DNA of 64,000 bases from Candidatus Marinacidobacterium sp. (GTDB lineage Bacteria > Acidobacteriota > Vicinamibacteria > Marinacidobacterales > Marinacidobacteraceae). The stretch lies in assembly GCA_965204755.1 (NCBI GenBank), contig OZ242011.1, forward strand, positions 608,001 to 672,000, given 5' to 3'. Numbering within the stretch: the stretch's first letter is position 1; every line of letters begins with the position of its first letter. The notes below the pieces were generated by a model, which made no database searches, was not told where the DNA came from, and worked only from the letters and a program-made list of their open reading frames with translations. This document shows, one piece after another, positions 32,004 to 41,233 of this stretch. The position numbers and the translations under genes were made by a program.

Positions 32004-34078
32004 CGCTCTCCGGCCTCCGGCGGCCCGCCGGCCCGGAACGGGCGGCCGGACTCGTAGAGGGCGATCCGGACGGCGATCGCCGAAGCCATCGCGTCCTGCC
32101 CGGAATCGATCGCCAGCGCCTCGGCGGTGCGCGCCGCGGTCAGGGCGCCGGCGAAGTCGCCGGCGGCAGCCAGTGCCGCGCCCAGGGTATCCGCCGCCGA
32201 AGGGTCGAGATGCCGCGCCAGTTCCGAGGCGCGGCGGGCCAGGAGAACGGCCCGCTCGGGGTCGAGATGCTCCGCGGAAGTCGCAAGCAACCAGGCGGCG
32301 CTTTCGAGCGCCGGGCCGTCGTCCGGTTCGGCGGCGAGCGCGGTCTCCAGGTGGAGCAGGGCGAGTCCCGTTTCGCCGCGCCGGGCGAGCAGCAGTCCCA
32401 GGTTGCGGTGCGCTTCGGGGGTTTCCGGCGCAACCTCCACCGCGGCGTGGAGGACTTCCTCGGCGTCGGTCGCGTTGTCCGCGGCGAGCAGCATCCGCGC
32501 CAGGCCGAGCCGGGGTTCGACCAGGGCCGGGTCGAGTTCGATCGCGCGCCGGTAGTGGCGCTCGGCGGCGATCCGGGCGCCGACGCGTTCCTCGATGAAT
32601 CCCAGGTTGTGGTAAGCGGCGGCGTAGCCGTCGTCGAGCCGGACCGCCGTCTCCAGTTGCCGGGCGGCTTCTTCCCAATGCCCCTGCGAGAGGAGCGCGA
32701 TACCGAGGTTGGCGTAGGCGCGCGGGTACTCGGGGTCGAGGCGGATGGCTTCGCGGTACCGCGCCTCGGCGGCTTCGAGGTCGCCGGACTCACGCAGGAC
32801 GAACCCCAGGTTGTGCTGGAACTCCGCGCTCTCCGGAACGATCGCGGCGAGGTTCTCGTACCGCGCGCGCATCGGCTCGGCGGCGGCGCGGCTCTCCAGG
32901 GCGAACAGAACGGCCAGCGGCGCGAAGAACAGCACTGCCCAGCGAACGGCGTGCGCCGTCAGCAGTCCGCCCGGCGCCGGGACGACCGGCGCGGGCGCCT
33001 CGCCGGGAGGACGGCGAATCCCCAGGGCGCGTCCGGTCTCCGGTTCCCGGATCTTCCAGATGAACCCGTCGAAATAGAAGTGCAGCATGGTCGAGGCGGC
33101 GACCAGCGAGAGCACCAGCCGCTGCGCCGACTCGGAAATGCCCGCTTCGGGAAGGAACCGGAAGAGCCCGTACCCGAGCACCAGGCCGACATAGACGAAG
33201 ATCATGGCGCGGCCGCCGCCGAACAGGACCCGCGTGAACGCGCCGGCGTCCGGCGCGGCGGCGCGGCGGCGGTTGAAGGCCCACACGATGGACAGGTACT
33301 GCACATCGTGGAACACCTCGAAGAGCGCCACGCCGAGGACCGCGTAGGGCACTTGGACCGAACACCACCACCAGAAGCCGAAGGAGAGGAAGGCGGCCAG
33401 CAGTTTCACCGGGTGGGGCCCGCTCCCGGCCGCGAGCCCCCGGAGCGAGCGGTAGAGGAACGCGGCGGTGAGGGCGTAGAGGGCGAAGTCCCAGGCGGTC
33501 CGGAAACCGAAGAACCACGCCGGGTCGAGCAGCGGGGCGCCGAGCGCGTACCAGAGTTCCAGCAACTCGCCGAGCCGCCCCGGGGAATGGAGGACGCCGA
33601 ACCCGAACCAGCCGAGACACATCAGCAGGTCCATCCGGGCGGCGAGCCGGCTGCGGTCGCCGGCGCGGGCGTCGTAGATGCGGAGGAACCCGTACACCTG
33701 GAGGGCGCCGTGCCAGATGCCCCAGACGAGCACCACCAGCGAAACGCCGTTCAGGCCGCCCAGGCCGAAACCGAGCGCCGCGGCGAGGAAGACCGCCGGG
33801 CCGAACAGGAACCGCGAGCGGTATCTGCGGAAGAGCGCGCGGTCGCCGTAAGCGCGCAACATCCCCGGGAGGTGGTGGCCGAGCGCGCCGAACCCGGCCA
33901 CCAGCAGACCGACGGCGTACGCGGTTTCCCTGCCGGAGGCGAGGAGGCCCGCCGGCAGGATGAGCACCGGCGTCGCGACGAGCAGGAGCAGGTCGGCCGC
34001 CGGGCCGAAGATCCAGACCCGGGACCGCGCCGGCGCGGCGGAATCGGCGGTCGTCACGCCGGTCTTCGAAGGGGACAC
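32000..34078 (-). CDS. Multi-TM membrane protein with His motifs fused to TPR repeats
   Basis: About 8-10 hydrophobic segments, followed by repeated NLG/A..EA...Y..A...P TPR units. Confidence 0.8.
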   Translation of the reverse strand: MSPSKTGVTTADSAAPARSRVWIFGPAADLLLLVATPVLILPAGLLASGRETAYAVGLLVAGFGALGHHLPGMLRAYGDRALFRRYRSRFLFGPAVFLAAALGFGLGGLNGVSLVVLVWGIWHGALQVYGFLRIYDARAGDRSRLAARMDLLMCLGWFGFGVLHSPGRLGELLELWYALGAPLLDPAWFFGFRTAWDFALYALTAAFLYRSLRGLAAGSGPHPVKLLAAFLSFGFWWWCSVQVPYAVLGVALFEVFHDVQYLSIVWAFNRRRAAAPDAGAFTRVLFGGGRAMIFVYVGLVLGYGLFRFLPEAGISESAQRLVLSLVAASTMLHFYFDGFIWKIREPETGRALGIRRPPGEAPAPVVPAPGGLLTAHAVRWAVLFFAPLAVLFALESRAAAEPMRARYENLAAIVPESAEFQHNLGFVLRESGDLEAAEARYREAIRLDPEYPRAYANLGIALLSQGHWEEAARQLETAVRLDDGYAAAYHNLGFIEERVGARIAAERHYRRAIELDPALVEPRLGLARMLLAADNATDAEEVLHAAVEVAPETPEAHRNLGLLLARRGETGLALLHLETALAAEPDDGPALESAAWLLATSAEHLDPERAVLLARRASELARHLDPSAADTLGAALAAAGDFAGALTAARTAEALAIDSGQDAMASAIAVRIALYESGRPFRAGGPPEAGER

Positions 34079-34342
34079 GGAAGTTGCCGCGAATCTACCG
34101 TGAACCGGGGTGGGAGCGTTTGCGGGACCACCGCCCGGCCTCTTCGGCCGGGGGGTGACGGCGCGCCGCCGTCGCCGCCGGAACGGGAATCCTTCCCGGA
34201 GGCCTCGGAGGGGCGCGACGCTCGGCGAATCGGCGCGAACGCGGGCGGGAGCCGCGCTCCCCGCGCCGTCAGCCGCCGGACCGCCCGGTCTCGCCGGTCT
34301 CGCGCGCGGGGGCGCCCGGTTCCGGCGCTCCCGCGGTCGGGC

Positions 34343-34636
34343 TCAGGGCCAGCGGCCCCGCTTGGAGCGCTTGACGATCCGGCCCGCGCTGTTCATGACG
34401 CCGACGGTCTTCCCCTGCGTGACCTCCTTCGCGGCGTCGAGGTCGCGCTCGTTGGTCATCGCGATGTACACCGGCCCGCGATACCCGCGCAGCCGGAGGC
34501 ACGCCGTGTCGAGCGTGCGGCCCGACTCCACATTGATGGTGATCTTCTCGTTCTGGATGTCCGGGCCGTGTCCCCGGTTGTAGGTGGTTCCGTGCTTCTC
34601 GGCGAGCGCGCGAGCGACAGCGACTTTGCTGGCCAT
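34343..34636 (-). CDS. Small hypothetical protein, possible minimal PD-(D/E)XK-like fold
   Basis: 97 aa with coding-like codon usage; GPDIQ...INVES...PVYIA...TVGVM pattern. Confidence 0.6.
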   Translation of the reverse strand: MASKVAVARALAEKHGTTYNRGHGPDIQNEKITINVESGRTLDTACLRLRGYRGPVYIAMTNERDLDAAKEVTQGKTVGVMNSAGRIVKRSKRGRWP

Positions 34637-34740
34637 GTTTCGTTCCGAAGGTGCCCCGCGAGGGGGAAAGGGCGGTTCCCGACGCGGGAGCGCGCGGGAA
34701 ACGCGGTTTGTTGCGAGAGTGGTAACACGGTATCACACTT

Positions 34741-34899
34741 CGGACCCGTGACGGCTCCCGGCGCGCCCGCCGCGCCGGCCTCCGGCCGGCGGAGCGAATC
34801 GATGCGCGATTCCGCCCGCCGTCTATCGCGGGGAGGGGGGCGCCCCGTTCCCGGTCGGCGCCTCGCGCCGACGAGCGCGTCCCGGACTCACACGGGCTG
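34741..34899. mobile_element. MITE-like element copy 4 (3' half recognisable)
   Basis: gcgaatcgatgcgcgattcc...tctatcgcggggagggggg...ccggtcggcgcctcgcgccgac...cccggact...cacgggctg. Confidence 0.65.
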
Positions 34900-36183
34900 C
34901 CGATCCGCGCCGGCCGGCCCCGCGATTCCTCCGTCCAGCAGTCGGAGCGCCGAAAGGAGCAGGGCGTTCGCTCCGGCGACCACGCTCGCGTCGTCCGTGA
35001 ACTCGTAGGGGGAATGGCTGATTCCCTTCACGGAAGGAGTGAAGATCATTCCCGCCGGACAGATGCGGGACATCATCTGCGCGTCGTGCCCGGCGCCGGA
35101 GGGAAGCCGGCGGCAGGACTTTCCCAGCGCGGCGGCGGCGTCCTCGACCAGCGACACGATCCGTTCGTCGAACGCCGCCGGCCCGAAGCGGGCGAGTTCA
35201 CGGCGCTCGAACTCGACCCGCTCGCGCTCCGCCGCGGTTTCGAGCGCCGAGAAGAACTCGCGTTCCGCCCGCTCGAGACGGTCCGGGGACGGGTTTCGCA
35301 GATCCACCGTGAACACCGCTTCGCCCGGGACGACATTCGTGAGTCCGGGTCGGAACGACGCGCGACCTACCGTCGCCACCTGGCCGGGGATTTCCCCGGT
35401 CAGCCGGCGCGCGGCGAGGACCGCCTCCGCCGCGACGACGCCGGAGTCCCGGCGAAACGGCATCGGCGTGGTTCCGGCGTGGTTCGAGGCGCCTCGAATC
35501 GTGATCTCCTCCCAGAGGATTCCCTGGACTCCGGTCACCGCGCCGAGTTCGATTCCCTCCGCCTCGAGGATCGGCCCCTGCTCGATGTGGAGTTCGAGAT
35601 ACGCCGCCGGCGCCGGCCCCGGCAGGGGCGCCTCGCCGCGGTACCCGATGGCGGCGAGTTCCTCCCCGAGAACGAACTCCTCCCCGTCGTCCGCCCGGCG
35701 GCGGAGCGAGCAGGCGTCTTCGACGGACAACCCGCCGGCATAGACCAGACTGCCCATCATGTCCGGGTGGTAGCGCGAGCCCTCCTCGTTCGAGAAGAAA
35801 CCGATCTCCAGCGGGCGCTTCGTACGCGCGCCGGCGTCGTCCAGCGTCCGGACGACTTCGAGGGCGGCGAGCACCCCCAGGTTCCCGTCGTACCGGCCGC
35901 CGTTCCCGACGGTGTCTATGTGCGAGCCGAGCAGGATCGGGTCGAGCCCGGGCGACTCCCCCGGACGGCGGCCGATCACATTCCCGATCCCGTCCACCCG
36001 GATCTCCAGTCCGGCCTCTTCCATCCACGACCGGACCAGGTCGCGCCCGCGCCCGTCCTCCGGGGAGAACGCCAGCCGCTCCGCTCCGCCCTGCTCGGTC
36101 TTCCCGACCTCCGCGAGCGCGGCGAGGGAAGCGAGCAGCCGCTCCCCCCGGACGCGGAGACCGGGATCGGGCCCGGCGTTCAT
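34888..36183 (-). CDS. M20 Zn-dependent amidohydrolase (N-carbamoyl-amino-acid/allantoate amidohydrolase family)
   Basis: GSHIDTV, GRYDGNLGV, NEEGSR, LELHIEQGP, NHAGTTPM, SGAGHDAQ and GISH. Confidence 0.9.
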   Translation of the reverse strand: MNAGPDPGLRVRGERLLASLAALAEVGKTEQGGAERLAFSPEDGRGRDLVRSWMEEAGLEIRVDGIGNVIGRRPGESPGLDPILLGSHIDTVGNGGRYDGNLGVLAALEVVRTLDDAGARTKRPLEIGFFSNEEGSRYHPDMMGSLVYAGGLSVEDACSLRRRADDGEEFVLGEELAAIGYRGEAPLPGPAPAAYLELHIEQGPILEAEGIELGAVTGVQGILWEEITIRGASNHAGTTPMPFRRDSGVVAAEAVLAARRLTGEIPGQVATVGRASFRPGLTNVVPGEAVFTVDLRNPSPDRLERAEREFFSALETAAERERVEFERRELARFGPAAFDERIVSLVEDAAAALGKSCRRLPSGAGHDAQMMSRICPAGMIFTPSVKGISHSPYEFTDDASVVAGANALLLSALRLLDGGIAGPAGADRQPV

Positions 36184-36202
36184 CGGCCCGCCCGAAACCG
36201 CC

Positions 36203-39200
36203 CTACTCGGAGGCGACTCCGGCGGAGGCGAGGCGGGCGAGCACTTCGTCCAACTGCGCGCGCAGTTCCGCGTAACGCTCGCGGGAGTCGGCGCCCGGCG
36301 GCTGGTCGGCGGTGTCGAGGTTGCCGTAGAGGTACCGGAGTTGGTCGATGAGCATCGGCTGCGAGTAGCGCACCGGCCGGGTCACCAGTTCCTCGTGGAC
36401 CGCCTGCAGTTCCGCGGAGTCGGCGTCTTCCATCGCGGCCTCGAGCCGCGCCGCGGCGCGGTTCGCTTCGCCGAGCGCCTCCCGGGCGGCGAGCGCCAGG
36501 GCGACCTGCTCGCGGACATCCTCCGCGGTCACCCAACCCTCCTTCTCCACGCGCGGGTCCATCACCAGCCGGAAGTCGCGCGAAGCGGAGAAGCCGCCGG
36601 CGGTCAGGGTCGCGGTGTACCGCCCCGGAGCGGCGAGCGGGCCGCGGCCGCCGACATTCCCGTCGCCGTCCGTCGGCCCGTCGTACCGCATGTCCCAGGT
36701 GAGGCGATGCACGCCGGCGGACACCGGAACGGTCGGCGAGCCGCGCCGCGTCATACCCGGCGAGCGCATCCCCTGCGTCCGCTCGGCGCTCGCCCCGTCG
36801 CCGCCGCTCTCGAACCGCCGCACGAACTCGCCGTCCGCGTCGCGGATCTCGATCGTCGCCGCCGAGACCGCCTCCGGCAGGCGGTAAGTGATGCGAGGAC
36901 CCGGAGTCGGATACACCGGGTCGGCCGGCGCGCCGGCCGCGAACGGGCGTCCGGCGAAACGGAACCGGACTTCGTCGCGCGGAGTGAACAGGTACGGGCC
37001 GTCACCGGAAGCGGCGTCCCGGAGCGGCGTCACATCGTCGAGAATCCAGAAGCCCCGCCCCATGGTCGAGAGCGCCAGGTCCCCGTTCACCACCTTGATG
37101 TCCGTGATCGGGGTGACCGGCAGGTTCTGCTGGAAGGAAGTCCAGGTCGCGCCGTCGTCGAAGGAGACGAACATCCCCCACTCCGTACCGAGGTAGAGGA
37201 GCCCCTTCCGGACCGGGTCTTCGCGCACCACGCGCACCGGGTGGTCGTTCGGCACGCCGTTCGCTCCGTCGGTGAGGCGCGTCCAGGTATCGCCGTAGTC
37301 CGCGGTGCGGTAGGCGTGCGGCGTGAAGTCGCCGAGTTGGTACCGGAGGACGGCGGCGTACGCTGTCGCCGGGTCGTGCGGGGAAACCTCGATGTTCTGC
37401 ACCCGGCCGTAGGGCCCGAGCGCCGGGGGCGTGACTTCCCGCCAGGTCTTGCCGCCGTCCCGGGTCACATGGATCGGGCCGTCGTTCGCGCCCGCCCAGA
37501 TCACGCCCTCTTCGTGCGGCGACTCCTGGACATCGTAGAGGACGGCGAAGTGTTCTTCGCCGGTGACATCGAGCGTGATCGGATCGCCGGAGACGACCTG
37601 GGTCTCCGGGGTGAACGCCGTGAGGTCGGGCGAGATCGTGCGCCAGGTGCGGCCGCCGTCTTCGGTGACATGCACATGCTGCGAGGCGTGGTATACGCGG
37701 TTGGGGCTGTGCGGGGACACATGGATCGGCACGGTCCGCTGGAACCGGTACCGGAGGTCCTTCGGGTTATGCCCGTAGATGTTCCAAAAGCCCACATAGT
37801 ATTGCTCTTCCTGTCCGGTGCGGGCGTTGAAGAGGCCGAACCTCCCCTTGCAGTTCGCATACACCAGGTCGGGATCGCCCGGTTTCGGCACGACCGGCCC
37901 GGTTTCGCAGCCGCCGATCGCTTCCCAGTGCGCGGTATGGCCTCCGGGGCGGAAGTGCGGCGGGTAGGAAGGCACCGAAATCGTCGAGTTGTCCTGCTGT
38001 CCGGCGTAGAGGCGGTACGGGAAGGCGTCGCTCACATCCACCTGGTACAACTCGGCGGTGGGCTGGTTCTCCTGGGTGGACCAGGTCTCGCCGCCGTCGA
38101 GGGTCACATTCGCGCCGCCGTCGTTCGCCTGGACCTGGATGTCCGGATGGTCAGGGTTGATCCAGAGGTCGTGGTTGTCGCCGTGCGGGGTGAACTTCCG
38201 CTCCCAGGTGACGCCGCCGTCGCTGGACTTGAAGTACCCCTCGGCCATACCCCAGAGCGTGTCCGCGTCGGTCGGATGCGCGTGCAGGTTCGTGTAGTAG
38301 AAGGGCCGGTTGCGGATCGGCTGGAAGTCGCTCACCTGCCGCCAGGCATCGCCCCGGTCGTCGGAGCGGTACACGCCGCCCTCCTCGCCGGGGGCTTCGA
38401 TGAGGACATAGACCCGGTCGGGGTCGGCGTCCGAAACGGCGAGGTCGGACTTGCCGCGCAGCCCGCCGGGAAGCCCGTTCTCCAGCCGCTGCCAGGTATC
38501 GCCGCCGTCGGTGGAGCGGACGACGCCGCCCTCCGTCCCGCCGGAGCGGATCGTCCACGGCTTGCGCTCCGCTTCCCACATCGAGCCGTAGATCGTGTCC
38601 GGATCCCCGGGGCGGAATTCCAGGTCGGTGGCGCCGGTGCGCTCCGAGAGGTGGAAGACCAGGTCCCAGGATGCGCCGCCGTCCGTCGTCCGGTAGATGC
38701 CGCGTTCCGGGTTCGGGGCGAAGGGGTTGCCGATCGCCGCCACGAAGGCGCGGTCCGGATCCTCCGGATGGATGAGCACCGCGCCGGTGTTGCCGGTGTT
38801 CTCGAGGCCGATGCTCCGCCAAGTCTTCCCGGCGTCGTCCGAACGGTAGGCGCCCTTGCCGATGATCACATTGCTGCGCAGGCCGTCCGAACCGGTGGTC
38901 ACATAGACGATGTCCGGGTCGCTCTCGGCGACGGCGACGGCGCCGATGGAGGGGCTCGCGAAGTAGCCGTCGGAGATCGGATGCCAGTTGTGGCCGTAGT
39001 CGGTGGTCTTCCAGACGCCGCCGCCGGTGGCGCCCATGTAGAAAACGCCCGGTTGGGAGCGGTGGCCGGCGACCGCGGTGACGCGCCCCCCGCGCGAAGG
39101 CCCCACCGGGCGGTACTGCATCGCTTCGAGCAGGTCGGCGTCCGGTTGAGCCGCCAGCGGCGCCGCGGCGAGCGCGAGCGCCGGCAGCAGGAGGCCGGCC

Positions 39201-39277
39201 GGGTTCGGCCGGCGGATCGTCGCGAAGAGTGGCGTGGACCGGGGCGTGGACAGCGGCGTGGACAGGGGCCGGGGCAT
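36203..39277 (-). CDS. Exported BNR/Asp-box (VPS10-like) beta-propeller glycosyl-hydrolase-like protein
   Basis: GPSRGGRV, GGVWKTTDYG, repeated S.D.G.TW Asp-boxes, HGDNHDLWI and GQQDNS. Confidence 0.88.
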   Translation of the reverse strand: MPRPLSTPLSTPRSTPLFATIRRPNPAGLLLPALALAAAPLAAQPDADLLEAMQYRPVGPSRGGRVTAVAGHRSQPGVFYMGATGGGVWKTTDYGHNWHPISDGYFASPSIGAVAVAESDPDIVYVTTGSDGLRSNVIIGKGAYRSDDAGKTWRSIGLENTGNTGAVLIHPEDPDRAFVAAIGNPFAPNPERGIYRTTDGGASWDLVFHLSERTGATDLEFRPGDPDTIYGSMWEAERKPWTIRSGGTEGGVVRSTDGGDTWQRLENGLPGGLRGKSDLAVSDADPDRVYVLIEAPGEEGGVYRSDDRGDAWRQVSDFQPIRNRPFYYTNLHAHPTDADTLWGMAEGYFKSSDGGVTWERKFTPHGDNHDLWINPDHPDIQVQANDGGANVTLDGGETWSTQENQPTAELYQVDVSDAFPYRLYAGQQDNSTISVPSYPPHFRPGGHTAHWEAIGGCETGPVVPKPGDPDLVYANCKGRFGLFNARTGQEEQYYVGFWNIYGHNPKDLRYRFQRTVPIHVSPHSPNRVYHASQHVHVTEDGGRTWRTISPDLTAFTPETQVVSGDPITLDVTGEEHFAVLYDVQESPHEEGVIWAGANDGPIHVTRDGGKTWREVTPPALGPYGRVQNIEVSPHDPATAYAAVLRYQLGDFTPHAYRTADYGDTWTRLTDGANGVPNDHPVRVVREDPVRKGLLYLGTEWGMFVSFDDGATWTSFQQNLPVTPITDIKVVNGDLALSTMGRGFWILDDVTPLRDAASGDGPYLFTPRDEVRFRFAGRPFAAGAPADPVYPTPGPRITYRLPEAVSAATIEIRDADGEFVRRFESGGDGASAERTQGMRSPGMTRRGSPTVPVSAGVHRLTWDMRYDGPTDGDGNVGGRGPLAAPGRYTATLTAGGFSASRDFRLVMDPRVEKEGWVTAEDVREQVALALAAREALGEANRAAARLEAAMEDADSAELQAVHEELVTRPVRYSQPMLIDQLRYLYGNLDTADQPPGADSRERYAELRAQLDEVLARLASAGVASE

Positions 39278-39386
39278 GGTTCGTCTCCGTTTCGCAGATA
39301 CGGCAGCACGCCGCCGGCGCTCCGAAGACGGCCGGCGGCGGCCCGCCCGCGAGGCGCGGGCGAACCGGCGAGTGTACCGGGAGGAC

Positions 39387-40073
39387 TCAGCGGCGCCGGC
39401 GCGCCGGGGATACCCCGGCCGGGCGGGAGACGCCGGCGCCGCGCGCGCGGGTTCGCTTCCCGGAGGCGGAGGGCCGGGCGCCGGCCGGACGCGGACGCCC
39501 GCGTCCGGAGGCCGACTTCGGCGGCGGCGCCCAGCGACCTGTCCCCGCGGCGGTGACCGACGGAACCGGCAGGAAACGAGGCCGGCGCGGCCCGGCGCCG
39601 GGCGCGGCCGGCCGGGCGAGCGCGCCGGGCCCGACTCGCGGCGGCGTCCGCTCCCGGGCCGGTCTCGCGGACTCCCGGCCCCGGCGGCCGGAGAGTCTTC
39701 GCGTTCCCGCAACCGGCCGGACGGCCGCCGAAACGGGCCGGGCGTCGGGCGCCGCCGCGCCCTCGAGCCAGAGCCAGTCGGAAGCGGCCAGCCCGGGAAG
39801 GATCGGCGCGAAACCGGGCGCAATACCGGGCCCGGCGCGGAACCGCGCCGTTCCCCGGGCGAATCCTTCGAGGAGGTCGCCGCCGCGCCGATCCCACCCG
39901 GTCAGGAAGTCGAGGTGGTCTTCGTCGAGATCGGAGATCGTGAACTCGAGCACCCGTCGCTCCGGCGGTTGGAGCCCCGCCCCGCCGACCGCGGACGAAG
40001 CGGCGAACGCGAAGAACCCGGCGAAGAGGCCGAGCGCCGGGAAGCGGCGGCGGCGGAAGGACGGCGCGGCCAT
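39387..40073 (-). CDS. Hypothetical exported protein (3' end uncertain)
   Basis: Signal-like MAAPSFRRRRFPALGLFAGFFAFAA then VLEFTISDLDEDHLDFLTGWD; the C-terminal part is low complexity. Confidence 0.35.
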   Translation of the reverse strand: MAAPSFRRRRFPALGLFAGFFAFAASSAVGGAGLQPPERRVLEFTISDLDEDHLDFLTGWDRRGGDLLEGFARGTARFRAGPGIAPGFAPILPGLAASDWLWLEGAAAPDARPVSAAVRPVAGTRRLSGRRGRESARPARERTPPRVGPGALARPAAPGAGPRRPRFLPVPSVTAAGTGRWAPPPKSASGRGRPRPAGARPSASGKRTRARGAGVSRPAGVSPARRRR

Positions 40074-40198
40074 CGAGACCGAAATGCAAGCAGAAAACAG
40101 GCCGCCGCCGGCGCCCGTTACGCTTTTCGCCGCCGCCCGCCGGCGGCGCGTTCCCCCTCCGAAAGGTCCTCGCCATGCTCCCACCCCCCAGCGGCCCG

Positions 40199-41200
40199 AT
40201 GGCCCGACTCCTTCGTCCGGCGCTGCCGGCGGCCGCCGCGGCGCTCCTGTTCGCGCCGGGCGCCGCTCTCTCCCAAACCGGCGGCGAACGCCTCCTCGAA
40301 GAGGAATGGGCGCGCATCGAGCCGCTCTCGGGCGGGAGGCTGGGACTCGCCGCGGTCCACCTGGAGACCGGCCGCGCGGCCTACCTCCACGCCGACGAAC
40401 CCTTCCCGATGGCGAGCACCTACAAGGTGCCGATCGCGGTGGAACTGCTGCGGCGGGTGGACGAGGGGGAGATCTCGCTCGCCGACCTGGTCCCGATCGA
40501 CCCGGCCGACCTCTCGCCGGGCAGCGGGATGATCAGCCGTCTGCTCGACGACCCGGGCGTCTCGCTCTCCCTCCACAACCTGCTCGAACTCATGCTGCTC
40601 ATCAGCGACAACTCGGCCACCGACCTCTGCCTCACCGCGGCGGGAGGCGGGCAGCGGGTCAACGCCCGGATGCGGGAACTCGGCGTGGAAGGGATCTCGG
40701 TGGACCGCTCGACCGCCGACCTGATCACGAACTATGTCGGCGCCGACCTCCCGCCGCGCGAGGAGCGGACGCGCGCCACCTACACCGAGGAATACGAACG
40801 GGTCGCGGAAGAAGACCGGCAGCGCGCCCGGGACCGCTTCGAGGCCGACCCCCGGGACACCGCCACGCCGCGCGGAATGGCGGACCTCCTGACCAAGATC
40901 TGGAACGGCGAAGGGCTGTCGGAGTCCAGCCGCGACCTGCTGGTGGACATCATGGAGCGCTGCGAGACCGGCGCGGGACGGCTCAAGGGCCGGCTTCCCG
41001 AAGGGACGGTGGTCGCGCACAAGACCGGCACCATCGGGCGGACGACGAACGATGCGGGCGTCATCACGCTTCCGGGGGACGCCGGCCGGGTGGTGATGGT
41101 CGCGTTCGTCAAGGAGTCGGATCTCCCGATCCCGGATCGCGAGCGGGCCATCGCCGACGCCGCCCGCGCCGCCTACGACTACTTCCAGTTCGTCCGTTAG
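40199..41200 (+). CDS. Class A beta-lactamase-like serine hydrolase
   Basis: Signal peptide, FPMASTYK (SxxK), SDN, DPRDTATP and AHKTG. Confidence 0.85.
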   Translation: MARLLRPALPAAAAALLFAPGAALSQTGGERLLEEEWARIEPLSGGRLGLAAVHLETGRAAYLHADEPFPMASTYKVPIAVELLRRVDEGEISLADLVPIDPADLSPGSGMISRLLDDPGVSLSLHNLLELMLLISDNSATDLCLTAAGGGQRVNARMRELGVEGISVDRSTADLITNYVGADLPPREERTRATYTEEYERVAEEDRQRARDRFEADPRDTATPRGMADLLTKIWNGEGLSESSRDLLVDIMERCETGAGRLKGRLPEGTVVAHKTGTIGRTTNDAGVITLPGDAGRVVMVAFVKESDLPIPDRERAIADAARAAYDYFQFVR

Positions 41201-41233
41201 GGCCGCGTTCCCGGCCGGACGACCGGGCGCGGG

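Noticed and set aside
39387-39560. Possible RAPP-type ribosome arrest peptide upstream of the VPS10-like gene
   Set aside because: The motif reads RWAPP, is not at the C-terminus, and the ORF itself is poorly supported.
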